Source: Candidatus Micrarchaeota archaeon (GTDB taxonomy: Archaea; Micrarchaeota; Micrarchaeia; Micrarchaeales; CABMGC01). From it: a stretch of 48,196 nt of DNA. Each line of letters begins with the position of its first letter. Within the stretch, counting starts at the first letter, position 1. The position numbers were made by a program, and so were the translations under genes. Below, in pieces: positions 1 to 9,405 of the stretch. The stretch covers positions 1-48,196 of the forward strand of contig CAYQOG010000003.1 in assembly GCA_964419095.1 (NCBI GenBank). Reading direction: 5' to 3'. Under the pieces are notes generated by a model. That model was not told where the DNA came from. It saw only the letters and a program-made list of their open reading frames with translations, and searched no databases.

Positions 1-61
1 CAGGAATCAGGAAGCGATAAAAGCGTTGCATGAGATGCAATCCTTATCCTAGGTTGAGAAA

Positions 62-3000
62 TTGAGAGTAGAGGAGCTCAGGAACAGGCTCCCGAATGAG
101 TTCGTGGACGCCTGCTTGAAGCAAGGAATAGAGAAGCTGAGCCCGCCGCAGGAGCTTGCGGTGGAGAACGGCCTGCTCGACGGAAAGAACTTCGTGATAG
201 CAGCGCCGACAGCCAGCGGAAAGACGCTGATAGCGGAGATGTGCATAGCAAGGTCGGTGTTCAGGGAAAAGAAGAAGGCCATTTACGTTGCTCCTATGCG
301 GGCCCTTGTAAGCGAGAAGTTCACCGATTTCAAGAAGGCATACCCTTCATTGCGCATTGCGATGTCGATAGGAGACCTTGACGCATTGGATCCTTGGCTC
401 GCGGAGTATGATCTCGTTTTGACTTCCACGGAGAAGCTCGACAGCCTGATAAGGCACGGGGCAAACTGGCTGGAGAATATAGGCTGCATGGTCTTCGACG
501 AGGTGCACATGCTTGACGATGCGGGAAGAGGCCCTACGCTAGAGATATTGATTGCAAGGCTAAGGAGAATATGCAAGGATGCGCAGGTAGTTGCGCTGAG
601 CGCAACAGTCGGAAACGCAAATGAGATTGCCGACTGGTTGAAGGCAGGACTTGTGGAAAGCGACTACAGGCCTGTACTGCTCGAAAAGGGAATAGAGCTC
701 AATTCAAAGGTCTATTATGGGGACAAGGAGGAAGAGCTTGAAGGCACACACAAGATACCTGAAATGAGGATAACGCAGGATACGCTGGAGAGAAACAAGC
801 AGATACTGCTTTTCTACAGCACGAAAAGGAATGCAGAATCTGGAGCTGGGAGGCTTGGGGAGGTAGTAGTGCCGTATCTCAAGGAGAATGAGAAAAAAGA
901 TTTGAAAGTGCTCTCCGGAAGGATTCTTCATGCGCTTGACCGTCCCACTGCACAATGCGAAAAGCTCGCAAAGGCAGTGGAAACGGGTGTTGCATTTCAT
1001 CATGGCGGGCTTGTAAATGAACAAAGACGATTAATAGAGGATGCATTTAAAAATAATATACTTAAAGCAATTTGCGCGACTACAACCCTGTGTCTTCCGC
1101 CAAACCAAGATATCATTTGTAACCCTAAACAGGAGCAGATACAGTATGTGCAGAGTCAGGATAAAGTTTTAACACATAACGGTCAGTATAGAAGAGTTTT
1201 AACGCCCATAAAGAGCGATTATAATGGAACTATTGTCGAGATTAGGCCATATGGCCAACTCCCTATGTCGATGACTGAGGAACATAGGGTATTGGTTGTC
1301 AAAAGGAAACGGCATAATAACCATTTTAGAAACGGAAGGCATAAGTTGTGGTGGACTTATTCAGAACCAGAATGGGTTGAGGCAAAGTCAGTGATTGAGG
1401 GAGATTTAGTATTGTTTCCTCGAATAAGGGAGGAAAGAGGTATTTCAGTCATTAAAATGGATAAAATAGGACCGCTTACTAATCAGACAGGAGTAGTCGG
1501 GAAACATTGGAGACGTCTAAATACGGATGATATAGAACTCAATTTAGATACCATGGAGTTTATGGGTCTATTTATTGCGGAAGGATATACAGGTAAGAAT
1601 GGCATTTTAAGACTTGCAATAAATATGGATGAACTAGACCTTACTGAATTGATATCAAAATGGTTCACTTCCCTTGGTTTAGTTCCTGTCGTAAAGGATT
1701 TCGAACGGCACAGGAGGACCATTAATGTGTGTTCAAAACAACTTTCATATAAGTTTAGAGAGCTTTTTGGAGGAAATGCTCTCGAAAAGCATCTTCCACA
1801 AGAATTTCTTTTCTTAGACAGAGAAAGACTGGTGTACGTAGTTAGAGGTATGTGGCGCGGGGATGGATATCTTTATCGTACGAAGACTTATGGCGATGCA
1901 GAGTATAGCACGATATCCAAGGTTTTAGCGAATCAGTTATTCATTATACTAGTTAAATTGGGCTACATGCCACGAATTAAGTATGCGGATCAACAAAATG
2001 TTGCAAGAAAAGACAGTTTAAACATTCAGTCACGTCATAGGATTTATAAAGTCAGTGTTTCAGGAAAGCAACTTAGTAGATTTACAAGAGAGGTACTTAA
2101 TAAAAAAGTGCACTTTAGCGGGAATAGAACGTATAATCTTGGATTTATAGATGATAACTATTACTATATGCCAGTAAAGTCTATCAAGAATATTGACTAC
2201 TCAGGAGCAGTTTACAATCTTGAAGTCGAAGACGATGCAAGTTATGTAGGTTCATTTATTGTACATAACTCATTGGGAGTCAATCTTCCAGCACATACTG
2301 TAGTCGTAAGGGACACTACAAGATACAGCGAGGGTGAAGGAGCGGAGAGGATAAGCGTAAACGAAGTCACGCAGCTTTTCGGGAGAGCAGGAAGGCCCAA
2401 GTACGATAAATACGGGAGAGCGCTTCTCATCGCCAGGTCGAGGAGCGAGATAGAGGAATTATACAACAGGTACATCGTGGCTGAGCTTGAGCCCGTAGTC
2501 TCGAAGCTCGGAGTGCTTCCCATACTGAGGACGCATATACTTGCCTTTGTGGCAACGAGGTTTCTTACAAACGAGGAGTCCATACTTGGATTCCTTAGCG
2601 AGACACTTTATGGATACCAATACTCGAGCATGTCGGAGCTAAGATCAATAACAAGGGACGTGCTCGCAGAGCTCTCGAAGTGGGGCTTCGTCGAGAAGAA
2701 GGGCAGCGTCTACAACACTACGAAGATAGGTGAACGCGTAAGCGAGCTCTACATAGACCCTCTCTCCGCCAGATGGATACTCGATTCGCTTACAAAGGAG
2801 CGCGACGATGTCGCAAACCTCTTCATGGTCACCAATACCATTGAGATGAGGCCGTATATGAAGGCAACGGACGATGCCGCAGAGGCATTCATGCATTACC
2901 AATACATGCTCAACAACACAACGGTCAACTACGATTCTGAAGACCTGATGTACTACGACCCGATAAAGCCGCTCAGCACCGCGCTTCTTCTCCACAGGTG

Positions 3001-3361
3001 GATAAACGAGACCTCTGAGCAGGAGCTTACCAAGGCATATTCAACCACTCCAGGGGCGATATTCTCAAAGATAACAAACGCGGACTGGCTGCTTTACGCG
3101 TGCACCGAGCTTGGAAAGCTTGCACGAGTCAACACGAGACCGCTGCTGGAATTGCGCATAAGGATGAAGTATGGCATAAAGAAGGAGCTGACGGACCTTG
3201 TGAGATTGGAGCAGGTGGGACGCGTAAGGGCAAGGATGCTTTACGGAAATGGGATAACGAGCGTTGCGGATCTTAGGAAAGAAGGAGCTGCAGCGGCTGT
3301 GGAGCGCCTCTTCGGGAAGGAGCTGACGAGGAGAATCTTAGACCAGGTCAAGACGCTTTGA
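62..3361 (+). CDS. hel308: Ski2-like SF2 helicase Hel308/Hjm, intein-containing
   Basis: Walker A APTASGKT, DEVH, ALSAT, AFHHGGL, (TL|S)LGVNLPA, QLFGRAGRP, C-terminal HhH GRVRARMLY; TTG start. Confidence 0.95.
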   Translation: MRVEELRNRLPNEFVDACLKQGIEKLSPPQELAVENGLLDGKNFVIAAPTASGKTLIAEMCIARSVFREKKKAIYVAPMRALVSEKFTDFKKAYPSLRIAMSIGDLDALDPWLAEYDLVLTSTEKLDSLIRHGANWLENIGCMVFDEVHMLDDAGRGPTLEILIARLRRICKDAQVVALSATVGNANEIADWLKAGLVESDYRPVLLEKGIELNSKVYYGDKEEELEGTHKIPEMRITQDTLERNKQILLFYSTKRNAESGAGRLGEVVVPYLKENEKKDLKVLSGRILHALDRPTAQCEKLAKAVETGVAFHHGGLVNEQRRLIEDAFKNNILKAICATTTLCLPPNQDIICNPKQEQIQYVQSQDKVLTHNGQYRRVLTPIKSDYNGTIVEIRPYGQLPMSMTEEHRVLVVKRKRHNNHFRNGRHKLWWTYSEPEWVEAKSVIEGDLVLFPRIREERGISVIKMDKIGPLTNQTGVVGKHWRRLNTDDIELNLDTMEFMGLFIAEGYTGKNGILRLAINMDELDLTELISKWFTSLGLVPVVKDFERHRRTINVCSKQLSYKFRELFGGNALEKHLPQEFLFLDRERLVYVVRGMWRGDGYLYRTKTYGDAEYSTISKVLANQLFIILVKLGYMPRIKYADQQNVARKDSLNIQSRHRIYKVSVSGKQLSRFTREVLNKKVHFSGNRTYNLGFIDDNYYYMPVKSIKNIDYSGAVYNLEVEDDASYVGSFIVHNSLGVNLPAHTVVVRDTTRYSEGEGAERISVNEVTQLFGRAGRPKYDKYGRALLIARSRSEIEELYNRYIVAELEPVVSKLGVLPILRTHILAFVATRFLTNEESILGFLSETLYGYQYSSMSELRSITRDVLAELSKWGFVEKKGSVYNTTKIGERVSELYIDPLSARWILDSLTKERDDVANLFMVTNTIEMRPYMKATDDAAEAFMHYQYMLNNTTVNYDSEDLMYYDPIKPLSTALLLHRWINETSEQELTKAYSTTPGAIFSKITNADWLLYACTELGKLARVNTRPLLELRIRMKYGIKKELTDLVRLEQVGRVRARMLYGNGITSVADLRKEGAAAAVERLFGKELTRRILDQVKTL
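1091..2269 (+). mobile_element. Intein with LAGLIDADG homing endonuclease (393 aa)
   Basis: Starts C(LPP) after ATTTL and ends IVHN followed by Ser; block B MTEEHRV; LAGLIDADG-like motifs FMGLFIAEG and RGMWRGDG; block F VYNLEV; visibly more AT-rich than the host gene. Confidence 0.95.
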
Positions 3362-3487
3362 AGCCGTTTTTCCCCGTTTCCGACTGAAACTACCGTTGAT
3401 TATTTAGTAATTACCATATCATCCGAGAACAGAAAAGGTTATAAAAGCCATCGTTGTATTAACCGTGACAGGCGATCGGTGAATAAA

Positions 3488-3859
3488 ATGGGAGTTTTCG
3501 ATAAGTTGGGCCAGGCAATGGGCTCCACAAAGGAGATAAACGTAGAGGACTACATGAACTCTGTAGAGATGGACGACGTAGACTTGCTGCACGAGCCGGC
3601 TGACATGTATGTCAAGCCCGTGTCGATTGTAAGCGAGGACGACGTAAAGGCCATAGAGGAGGAATTGGCAAAGAAGAACATACTTCTTCTGGACATGACT
3701 GAATTGAACAAGCGACCCACCACAAGGGGCAATGTAGTCGCTGAACTCAAGAGGTATGTCGACAAGATAAATGGAGACATAGGCCAGATAGACGCAAACA
3801 GAGTGCTTCTTACTCCTGCAAAGGTAAAGATAGTAAAGAGAAAGAAGTCAGGCAAGTAA
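3488..3859 (+). CDS. sepF: Archaeal cell division protein SepF
   Basis: MGVFDKL N-terminal amphipathic helix; NILLLD...INGDIGQI...VLLTP core; GGTGA SD 5 nt before ATG 3488. Confidence 0.85.
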   Translation: MGVFDKLGQAMGSTKEINVEDYMNSVEMDDVDLLHEPADMYVKPVSIVSEDDVKAIEEELAKKNILLLDMTELNKRPTTRGNVVAELKRYVDKINGDIGQIDANRVLLTPAKVKIVKRKKSGK

Positions 3860-3863
3860 GCAC

Positions 3864-4556
3864 TCACTTAAGCGCGGTTATCAATGCGTGCAGCTCCTGC
3901 TTTGTGGGCTGCGCGTTTGTTATTATCCTTTTGAATACATTCATGACCGCCTTCCTGTTCCTTATATTCTTTCTGGCGACTATGGAACTGAATGTCGCGA
4001 AGAGGTACTGCATCTCCTTTCTGTCGGGCGTCTCTGTTTTCATTGGCTCGCTGACACCGGAGAAGTTCTTCATTGTTAGGGCATAAAGCAGCACTGCAAG
4101 CGCATGTGAGAGATTCAATACAGGATAATCCGGATTCGTACCTATGTGCGCGACTATGTCGCACTTTCCTAATTCCTCTACCGTCAAGCCTATGTCGTCC
4201 CTGCCGATCAGCAGACCAAGCACTGCGTCCTTTCCCATCTTTGTCTTCCTAAGCTTCCGTATAGCCTGGTCAAGCAGGTAGACTCTCCTGAAATCAGATC
4301 TTGCCTTCTCCCATATGCCGGTGGTGCCCATCACCATGCTGCAATCTTTTACCGACTCATCGAATGTTTTGTAGACCTTTGCGTTCTCAAGGAGCTCCCG
4401 CGCGTGCTTCGCGTACATTATCGCCTTGTTCCCGGTATGCTTTACGCGAGGATTGACAAGGTAGAGTTTCTTTATCCCGAAGTTCTTGGAGACGCGTGCA
4501 ACATACCCCAGGTTGACCTGGTACTTCGGCTCTACGATTATTACTTTTATCTTTAT
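3864..4556 (-). CDS. trmJ: SPOUT tRNA/rRNA 2'-O-methyltransferase, TrmJ family (probable ATA start)
   Basis: Frame extends upstream of the ORF-track ATG 4418 through VEPKYQVNLGYVARVSKNFG; also GRDDIGL and YPVLNLSHA motifs. Confidence 0.85.
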   Translation of the reverse strand: MKIKVIIVEPKYQVNLGYVARVSKNFGIKKLYLVNPRVKHTGNKAIMYAKHARELLENAKVYKTFDESVKDCSMVMGTTGIWEKARSDFRRVYLLDQAIRKLRKTKMGKDAVLGLLIGRDDIGLTVEELGKCDIVAHIGTNPDYPVLNLSHALAVLLYALTMKNFSGVSEPMKTETPDRKEMQYLFATFSSIVARKNIRNRKAVMNVFKRIITNAQPTKQELHALITALK

Positions 4557-5257
4557 AGAATCACCATGAAGGTGACTATCAGGGTTACCGCGTTAAGGAG
4601 CATATGCCCGATGATTGAGGGATAGAGCGAATTCGTCCTCTTGTAGGCGTATCCTGCAAGCAGTCCGAATAGCAGCGCGGCTATTACCTCTATCTCGAAG
4701 CTCGAGTTGTATGCGAAATGGCCTGCGGCGAAGAAGAGGGAGCTTATAACTATGCCGAGTCGCGGGACCATGAAGCCCCTGAAGAGTATCTCTTCGTTTA
4801 TAGGGGACATTATAGCCGTGAAGACGTAGAACCAGAGCGGCGCTGAGGCAAGGAGGATGTCCACGTTGCTGTTTATAGGCACGTTGGTTATGTAGCTTAT
4901 CACGCTGACTATTATCTCCATTACAAAAAGCGCGGCGAAGAGTATCACGCCTACCAGGATGACGTTGAAATTGAACTTGCCATTGCCGAGTCCTACTGCG
5001 GAAAGGATATCAGTGAAATTCTGCTTCTTGTAGAAGATGAAGTAGCACATGACGGAGAGCGAGAAGGACATGGAGAGTGCCGCATCAGATACGAAGTTCA
5101 GGGAGTTGTAGCTCATATAGTCGTAGGTGTAGAGTATCACGCCGGGAGCGATAAGAATTATGTTTAGGACTATGAAGAACGCGACGAATACAAGGGCAGA
5201 TACAAACGGGTTCTGTTTTTTTGTTTGCTTCCTTGCCCTGGGCTTTCTCCTTGCCAA
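4553..5257 (-). CDS. CPBP/CAAX-family intramembrane metalloprotease
   Basis: Multiple TM segments; PINEEILFRG, FAAGH and GHMLLN motifs. Confidence 0.9.
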   Translation of the reverse strand: MARRKPRARKQTKKQNPFVSALVFVAFFIVLNIILIAPGVILYTYDYMSYNSLNFVSDAALSMSFSLSVMCYFIFYKKQNFTDILSAVGLGNGKFNFNVILVGVILFAALFVMEIIVSVISYITNVPINSNVDILLASAPLWFYVFTAIMSPINEEILFRGFMVPRLGIVISSLFFAAGHFAYNSSFEIEVIAALLFGLLAGYAYKRTNSLYPSIIGHMLLNAVTLIVTFMVIL

Positions 5258-5268
5258 GAATCTCTACC

Positions 5269-5430
5269 TTACTTGTTCGGCTTCATCTCCGTGTAGCCGC
5301 ACTTACCGCACGCGAACCTGTCCTTGTGGTCGCCCATCCTTGCGCCGCATTTAGAGCAGAACTTTGCCGCAGGCTTGTAAGCCTCGATCTTTTTCTTCTT
5401 CGGAGCAGCCTCCTTTTTTGCCTCAGCCAT
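5269..5430 (-). CDS. rps27ae: 30S ribosomal protein S27ae (eS31), missed by the ORF track
   Basis: Manual translation [53 protein letters not shown]; directly downstream of rps24e as usual. Confidence 0.92.
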   Translation of the reverse strand: MAEAKKEAAPKKKKIEAYKPAAKFCSKCGARMGDHKDRFACGKCGYTEMKPNK

Positions 5431-5435
5431 TCAAA

Positions 5436-5774
5436 TCAACCTTTCTTCTCCTCGGCCTTAGCGGCGGGGGTGGCAGCGGCTGGAGCAGCAGGCTGCGCGC
5501 CGGGCTTCGCCTTCTTCTCCTTCTCCTTCTTCGCGAACTTGTCCATGGATTCCTTGCTGTTGTATGAGTATGCCACTACCTCGCTTGTCCTTATCCCGTA
5601 GTTCTGGTCTATCCTTATAATCTGGAAGGTATCAGGGTTCAGGTTCAGCTTCTTGCAGACGCCTTCCGCTATCTCCGCCCTGCCCGGCGTCTTCCCTTCG
5701 TAAGCAGCATGTACTGCGAGCTCCCTCCTCTCGAAGAGCTTGTTCTCCTTGTCATCGTTTATCGTTATTTCCAT
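5436..5774 (-). CDS. rps24e: 30S ribosomal protein S24e
   Basis: ENKLFERRE, TPGRAEI, followed by S27ae. Confidence 0.9.
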   Translation of the reverse strand: MEITINDDKENKLFERRELAVHAAYEGKTPGRAEIAEGVCKKLNLNPDTFQIIRIDQNYGIRTSEVVAYSYNSKESMDKFAKKEKEKKAKPGAQPAAPAAATPAAKAEEKKG

Positions 5775-5775
5775 T

Positions 5776-6180
5776 TTATCCGCCTCCTACCATTCTTGCT
5801 ATGGCCCTCTTGCCCATGCTCTCTACGATCTCGACTTCCGCGCCTGCCTTGAGGGTTCCCTTGAGATCCTCAGGGATGGGCACCTCGAAGGTGTCATATG
5901 CCTCTAGGTCCATCAGCTGCGCGGATGTCTCTGTAAGCGAAACCACCTGGGCCTTCTTCTTCGTTATTATGGGCACTTCTATATCGGCATGACTTGGCGC
6001 CAGCATAGTCCTCTTCTGGTTGTCGAATACGCCCACGGCAGTGAGCCTTACCTTGGCCGCGCCGTGCTTTCCAGGCGAAGACGTATCGAGCTCAACCACC
6101 TTGCATGGCACTCCGTCTATGAGTATGTACTTTCCCGGCTTTATGTCTTTCATCGATGAGTACATCACGTCTTCAGGCAT
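5776..6180 (-). CDS. eif5a: Translation factor aIF5A
   Basis: SSPGKHGAAK hypusine-site motif. Confidence 0.97.
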   Translation of the reverse strand: MPEDVMYSSMKDIKPGKYILIDGVPCKVVELDTSSPGKHGAAKVRLTAVGVFDNQKRTMLAPSHADIEVPIITKKKAQVVSLTETSAQLMDLEAYDTFEVPIPEDLKGTLKAGAEVEIVESMGKRAIARMVGGG

Positions 6181-6299
6181 CTAACCAAACCAATTATCTG
6201 ATTAAGCAAAAAAGGAATTGCTCTCAGGAATATATGAATGGAAACCATTAATAAAGCATACGGCATGCTAGCGTTATTCCATTCTAAAGAGGAAATTAC

Positions 6300-7322
6300 T
6301 CAGTAGAGCCTGTCTACTCCTTCCATCGCCATTGCGGTGGCAGTTTCCTTGTACTCCTTAGGCGAGCCGAACTTGGCCTTGACTCCAGTTATCACGGACA
6401 TGACTCTTACCTGGTCGTTAAGCTCGGGATTCATTCTCGCGCCGAAGATCACGTTGGCATCAGGCGCGAGCGCGTCTGTGACTCCTTCCCCTATCCTTGT
6501 GGCCTCGCTTATGGTGAGGTTCGTCCCGCCTACCACGTGTATGAGTCCGCCCTTTGCACCCTCATAGTCCACGTTAAGAAGGGGATGGGTCCTTGTCGAC
6601 TTTATTGCCTGCTCGACTCTGTCTGCTCCGCTCCCTGCTCCGAGGCTTATGACTGCTGTGCCCGTGTCCTTGACCACGTTCCTCAAATCAGCGAAATCAA
6701 GATTTATGAGGCTTGGAAGGGTTATCGTGTCTGATATTCCCTTGACTGCGTTGCCCGTTATATTGTCAACCAGCTCGAATGCCCTCTCTATTGGAAGGTT
6801 AGGCACATATGACAGGAGCTTGTCGTTCTCTATGACTATAGTGCAGTCCGCCTGCTTCTGCAGCTGCTCCAGTCCCCACTCCGCCTTCTGCTTCCTTGAC
6901 CTTTCAAGCGCGAACGGGAATGTGACCGTAGCTATTACCGTTGCACCCATCTCCCTTGCGACGTTTGCCACTATAGGAGCGGCTCCTGTTCCTGTTCCTC
7001 CTCCCATGCCTGCAGCAACGAAGACGAGATTGTATCCCTGCAATGCGGCTTCGATCTCCCTCCTTGACATATCTGCGCACTTCGCAGCTACTTCGGGGAA
7101 GCCTCCTGCACCCAATCCGTTCGTTATCTCCTTTCCTATGAGTATCTTCTTGTGAGCCTTGATCATGTTCAAGTGTCCGATGTCCGTGTTCACGGCTATC
7201 GTCTCCGCACTCTTTATGTTGTGCGAAAACAGTCTGTTAACCAGGTTGCTTCCCTGTCCACCGACGCCTACAACGGCTATTCTAGGCGTAAACGCGTCAT
7301 AGTCGAATTGATTCTCTCCCAT
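6300..7322 (-). CDS. ftsZ: Cell division protein FtsZ (second copy)
   Basis: GVGGQGSN, GLGAGG, GMGGGTGTG, PSLINLDFAD; start set at MGENQ. Confidence 0.95.
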   Translation of the reverse strand: MGENQFDYDAFTPRIAVVGVGGQGSNLVNRLFSHNIKSAETIAVNTDIGHLNMIKAHKKILIGKEITNGLGAGGFPEVAAKCADMSRREIEAALQGYNLVFVAAGMGGGTGTGAAPIVANVAREMGATVIATVTFPFALERSRKQKAEWGLEQLQKQADCTIVIENDKLLSYVPNLPIERAFELVDNITGNAVKGISDTITLPSLINLDFADLRNVVKDTGTAVISLGAGSGADRVEQAIKSTRTHPLLNVDYEGAKGGLIHVVGGTNLTISEATRIGEGVTDALAPDANVIFGARMNPELNDQVRVMSVITGVKAKFGSPKEYKETATAMAMEGVDRLY

Positions 7323-7400
7323 CCAGTTCACCAAATATGAAAAACGGCAGATAAAAAAGCAATCTGCCAAACCCTGTTACCCGTTGAATGCACTTCCCGC

Positions 7401-8444
7401 TTATATGGTCTCCAGTCCGCTGTAGCTTGGTTCCTTGGTCTCCTCGAACTTTCCTATTATGCTCGAGCCCTTGACTCCCGTCACTATGGCTACTATCTCG
7501 ATCTGGCCCTCATATCCAGGTATGATTCTTGCGCCCCACTTGATGTTCGCCTTAGGGTCCATGCGCTCCGTGATGACTTCTCCGGCCTTTATTGCATCGC
7601 CCAGTGTCAGGTCAGATGCGCCTGAGATGTGTATGAGTGCTCCCTTCGCGTTCTCGAAGTCCACGTCAAGAAGCTTGTTCTTCAGTACAGCCTCTGCGGC
7701 AGCAGTGACCTTGTCATTGCCCTTGCCCGTTCCGACTGATATGAATCCAACGTCTCCGCTTCCCATTATGGACCTTACGTCTGCGAAGTCTATGTTGATA
7801 AGACTTGGCTGCGTGATCGTCCATACGAGTCCTCCTATCGCCTTTGCGAGTATGTCGTCAGCAACGGCAAAAGCCTCGTTCATAGGAAGATTAGGCACGA
7901 GCTTCACTAGTCTGTTGTTGTCCAGGATAATGACGCTGTCCGAGTACTTCCTCAGCTTCTGGATACCTTCCTCGGCCTTGATCTTCCTTACTCTTTCAAG
8001 GTCGAATGGGTATGTTACCATTGAAACGACTATGGCTCCCTGCTCCTTTGCTATCTGAGCGACTACTGGCATAGAACCAGTACCTGTTCCTCCTCCCATG
8101 CCTGCGCATAGGAAGACGAGCTGAGCGCCGTATAGCACTTCCTCGAGTACCTGCCTGTCTACTTCTGCAGCCTTTGCCCCTATGTCAGGGGCTCCGCCTG
8201 CACCAAGTCCTCTCGTTATGCTCTTTCCGATAAGTATTTTCTTGATTCGGTCGTCGATTATCTTGAAGTGCTGGACGTCCGTGTTTATAGCAACAAGATC
8301 CGTTCCCTTGACTCCGACTTTCAGAAGTCGGTTCACGGTGTTGTTACCACCGCCACCGCATCCGATTGTCACAATCTTTATCTGCGGAGAACCCGCAGCA
8401 TCCTCGCTCTTTCCACCTAACAATTCATTCGTAAAGTCTACCAT
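7401..8444 (-). CDS. ftsZ: Cell division protein FtsZ (first copy)
   Basis: GCGGGGNN, GLGAGG, GMGGGTGTG, PSLINIDFAD. Confidence 0.96.
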   Translation of the reverse strand: MVDFTNELLGGKSEDAAGSPQIKIVTIGCGGGGNNTVNRLLKVGVKGTDLVAINTDVQHFKIIDDRIKKILIGKSITRGLGAGGAPDIGAKAAEVDRQVLEEVLYGAQLVFLCAGMGGGTGTGSMPVVAQIAKEQGAIVVSMVTYPFDLERVRKIKAEEGIQKLRKYSDSVIILDNNRLVKLVPNLPMNEAFAVADDILAKAIGGLVWTITQPSLINIDFADVRSIMGSGDVGFISVGTGKGNDKVTAAAEAVLKNKLLDVDFENAKGALIHISGASDLTLGDAIKAGEVITERMDPKANIKWGARIIPGYEGQIEIVAIVTGVKGSSIIGKFEETKEPSYSGLETI

Positions 8445-8670
8445 TCCGATCGCCTGTGATTCAGTTACAATAAATAGGTTTAAATATCTTTTGCAAACGC
8501 GCTGTTAGTGGAATGTGTGGGTTTTTTACAAAATCATGCAAAATAAGTCAATTTCAGTTAAAACTTACTGCACATAACAATAGATTTGTTTGCATATTGT
8601 CTAGATTTTGTTTGAAGAAATCTCGCGAAATTTTCATAATTAATCATTTGCAAAGTTTCTGGGCAGCTCT

Positions 8671-9054
8671 TTGATCGGAGAGAGGTTATTTAATATACTA
8701 AACATATTTCTTAATGTGGCCCTTTATGCCGAGAGCAATGATAACTCGCGACGTCAGGGAGAACAATCCGCGGAAAGAGTTGCGCAGCTCCAACTCATAT
8801 CGACATATGGAAGGAGTAGAAGGGCTCCGCAAGGATTCTGGAGCACAGGAGAAGGAACCGAGGAGGCTAGGAGAAGGACTTCGCGCTTCATCATGAATGA
8901 AAAGAGACTGCCTACACTGAGAGAGTTTGAGACCCACTTGGATCTTGCATTGCACGGATATTACGACCTGCACAGGGCTGAGAGCTTTGATAAGATTCTT
9001 TGGGATTTGGTGGGTGAACGGATAATAGAAGCAGTGAAGAAACTACGCAGATGA
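8671..9054 (+). CDS. Hypothetical protein (start uncertain, possibly frameshifted at the 5' end)
   Basis: Fills the gap before ogt; C-terminal half looks protein-like (APQGFWS...RLPTLREF). Confidence 0.4.
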   Translation: MIGERLFNILNIFLNVALYAESNDNSRRQGEQSAERVAQLQLISTYGRSRRAPQGFWSTGEGTEEARRRTSRFIMNEKRLPTLREFETHLDLALHGYYDLHRAESFDKILWDLVGERIIEAVKKLRR

Positions 9055-9092
9055 GGAGAGCTTCTTTTATATTTTATCTGCGAAATAGTATC

Positions 9093-9398
9093 ATGGACAG
9101 AAATGATATTGCAGAGCGCTTGAACCATTACAAGCTTACGCAATTCCAGAAGAAAGTGCTCATTGCTACTGCAACTATACCTAAAGGGGAGACAAGGACA
9201 TACAAACAGGTTGCGGCAATGGCAGGAAACCCGAAGGCAGCAAGGGCAGTAGGAACTGCAATGCGTCTGAATCCTCTTGCCCCAACGATTCCTTGCCATA
9301 GAGTCATCAGAAGCGACGGAAAGATAGGCAATTACTCCGGAAAAGGAGGAAGAAACGGAAAGGCCAGGATGCTCAGGGCTGAAGGAGCGCTAAATTAA
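9093..9398 (+). CDS. ogt: O6-methylguanine-DNA methyltransferase (MGMT, C-terminal domain only)
   Basis: [14 protein letters not shown], active-site IPCHRV. Confidence 0.92.
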   Translation: MDRNDIAERLNHYKLTQFQKKVLIATATIPKGETRTYKQVAAMAGNPKAARAVGTAMRLNPLAPTIPCHRVIRSDGKIGNYSGKGGRNGKARMLRAEGALN

Positions 9399-9405
9399 TC
9401 GTGAG

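Noticed and set aside
3374-3392. GTTTCCGACTGAAAC, a mini-ORB-like sequence
   Set aside because: Single, imperfect copy.
8500-8670. AT-rich intergenic region as a replication origin
   Set aside because: No repeated ORB boxes and no adjacent orc1/cdc6; divergent promoters explain it.
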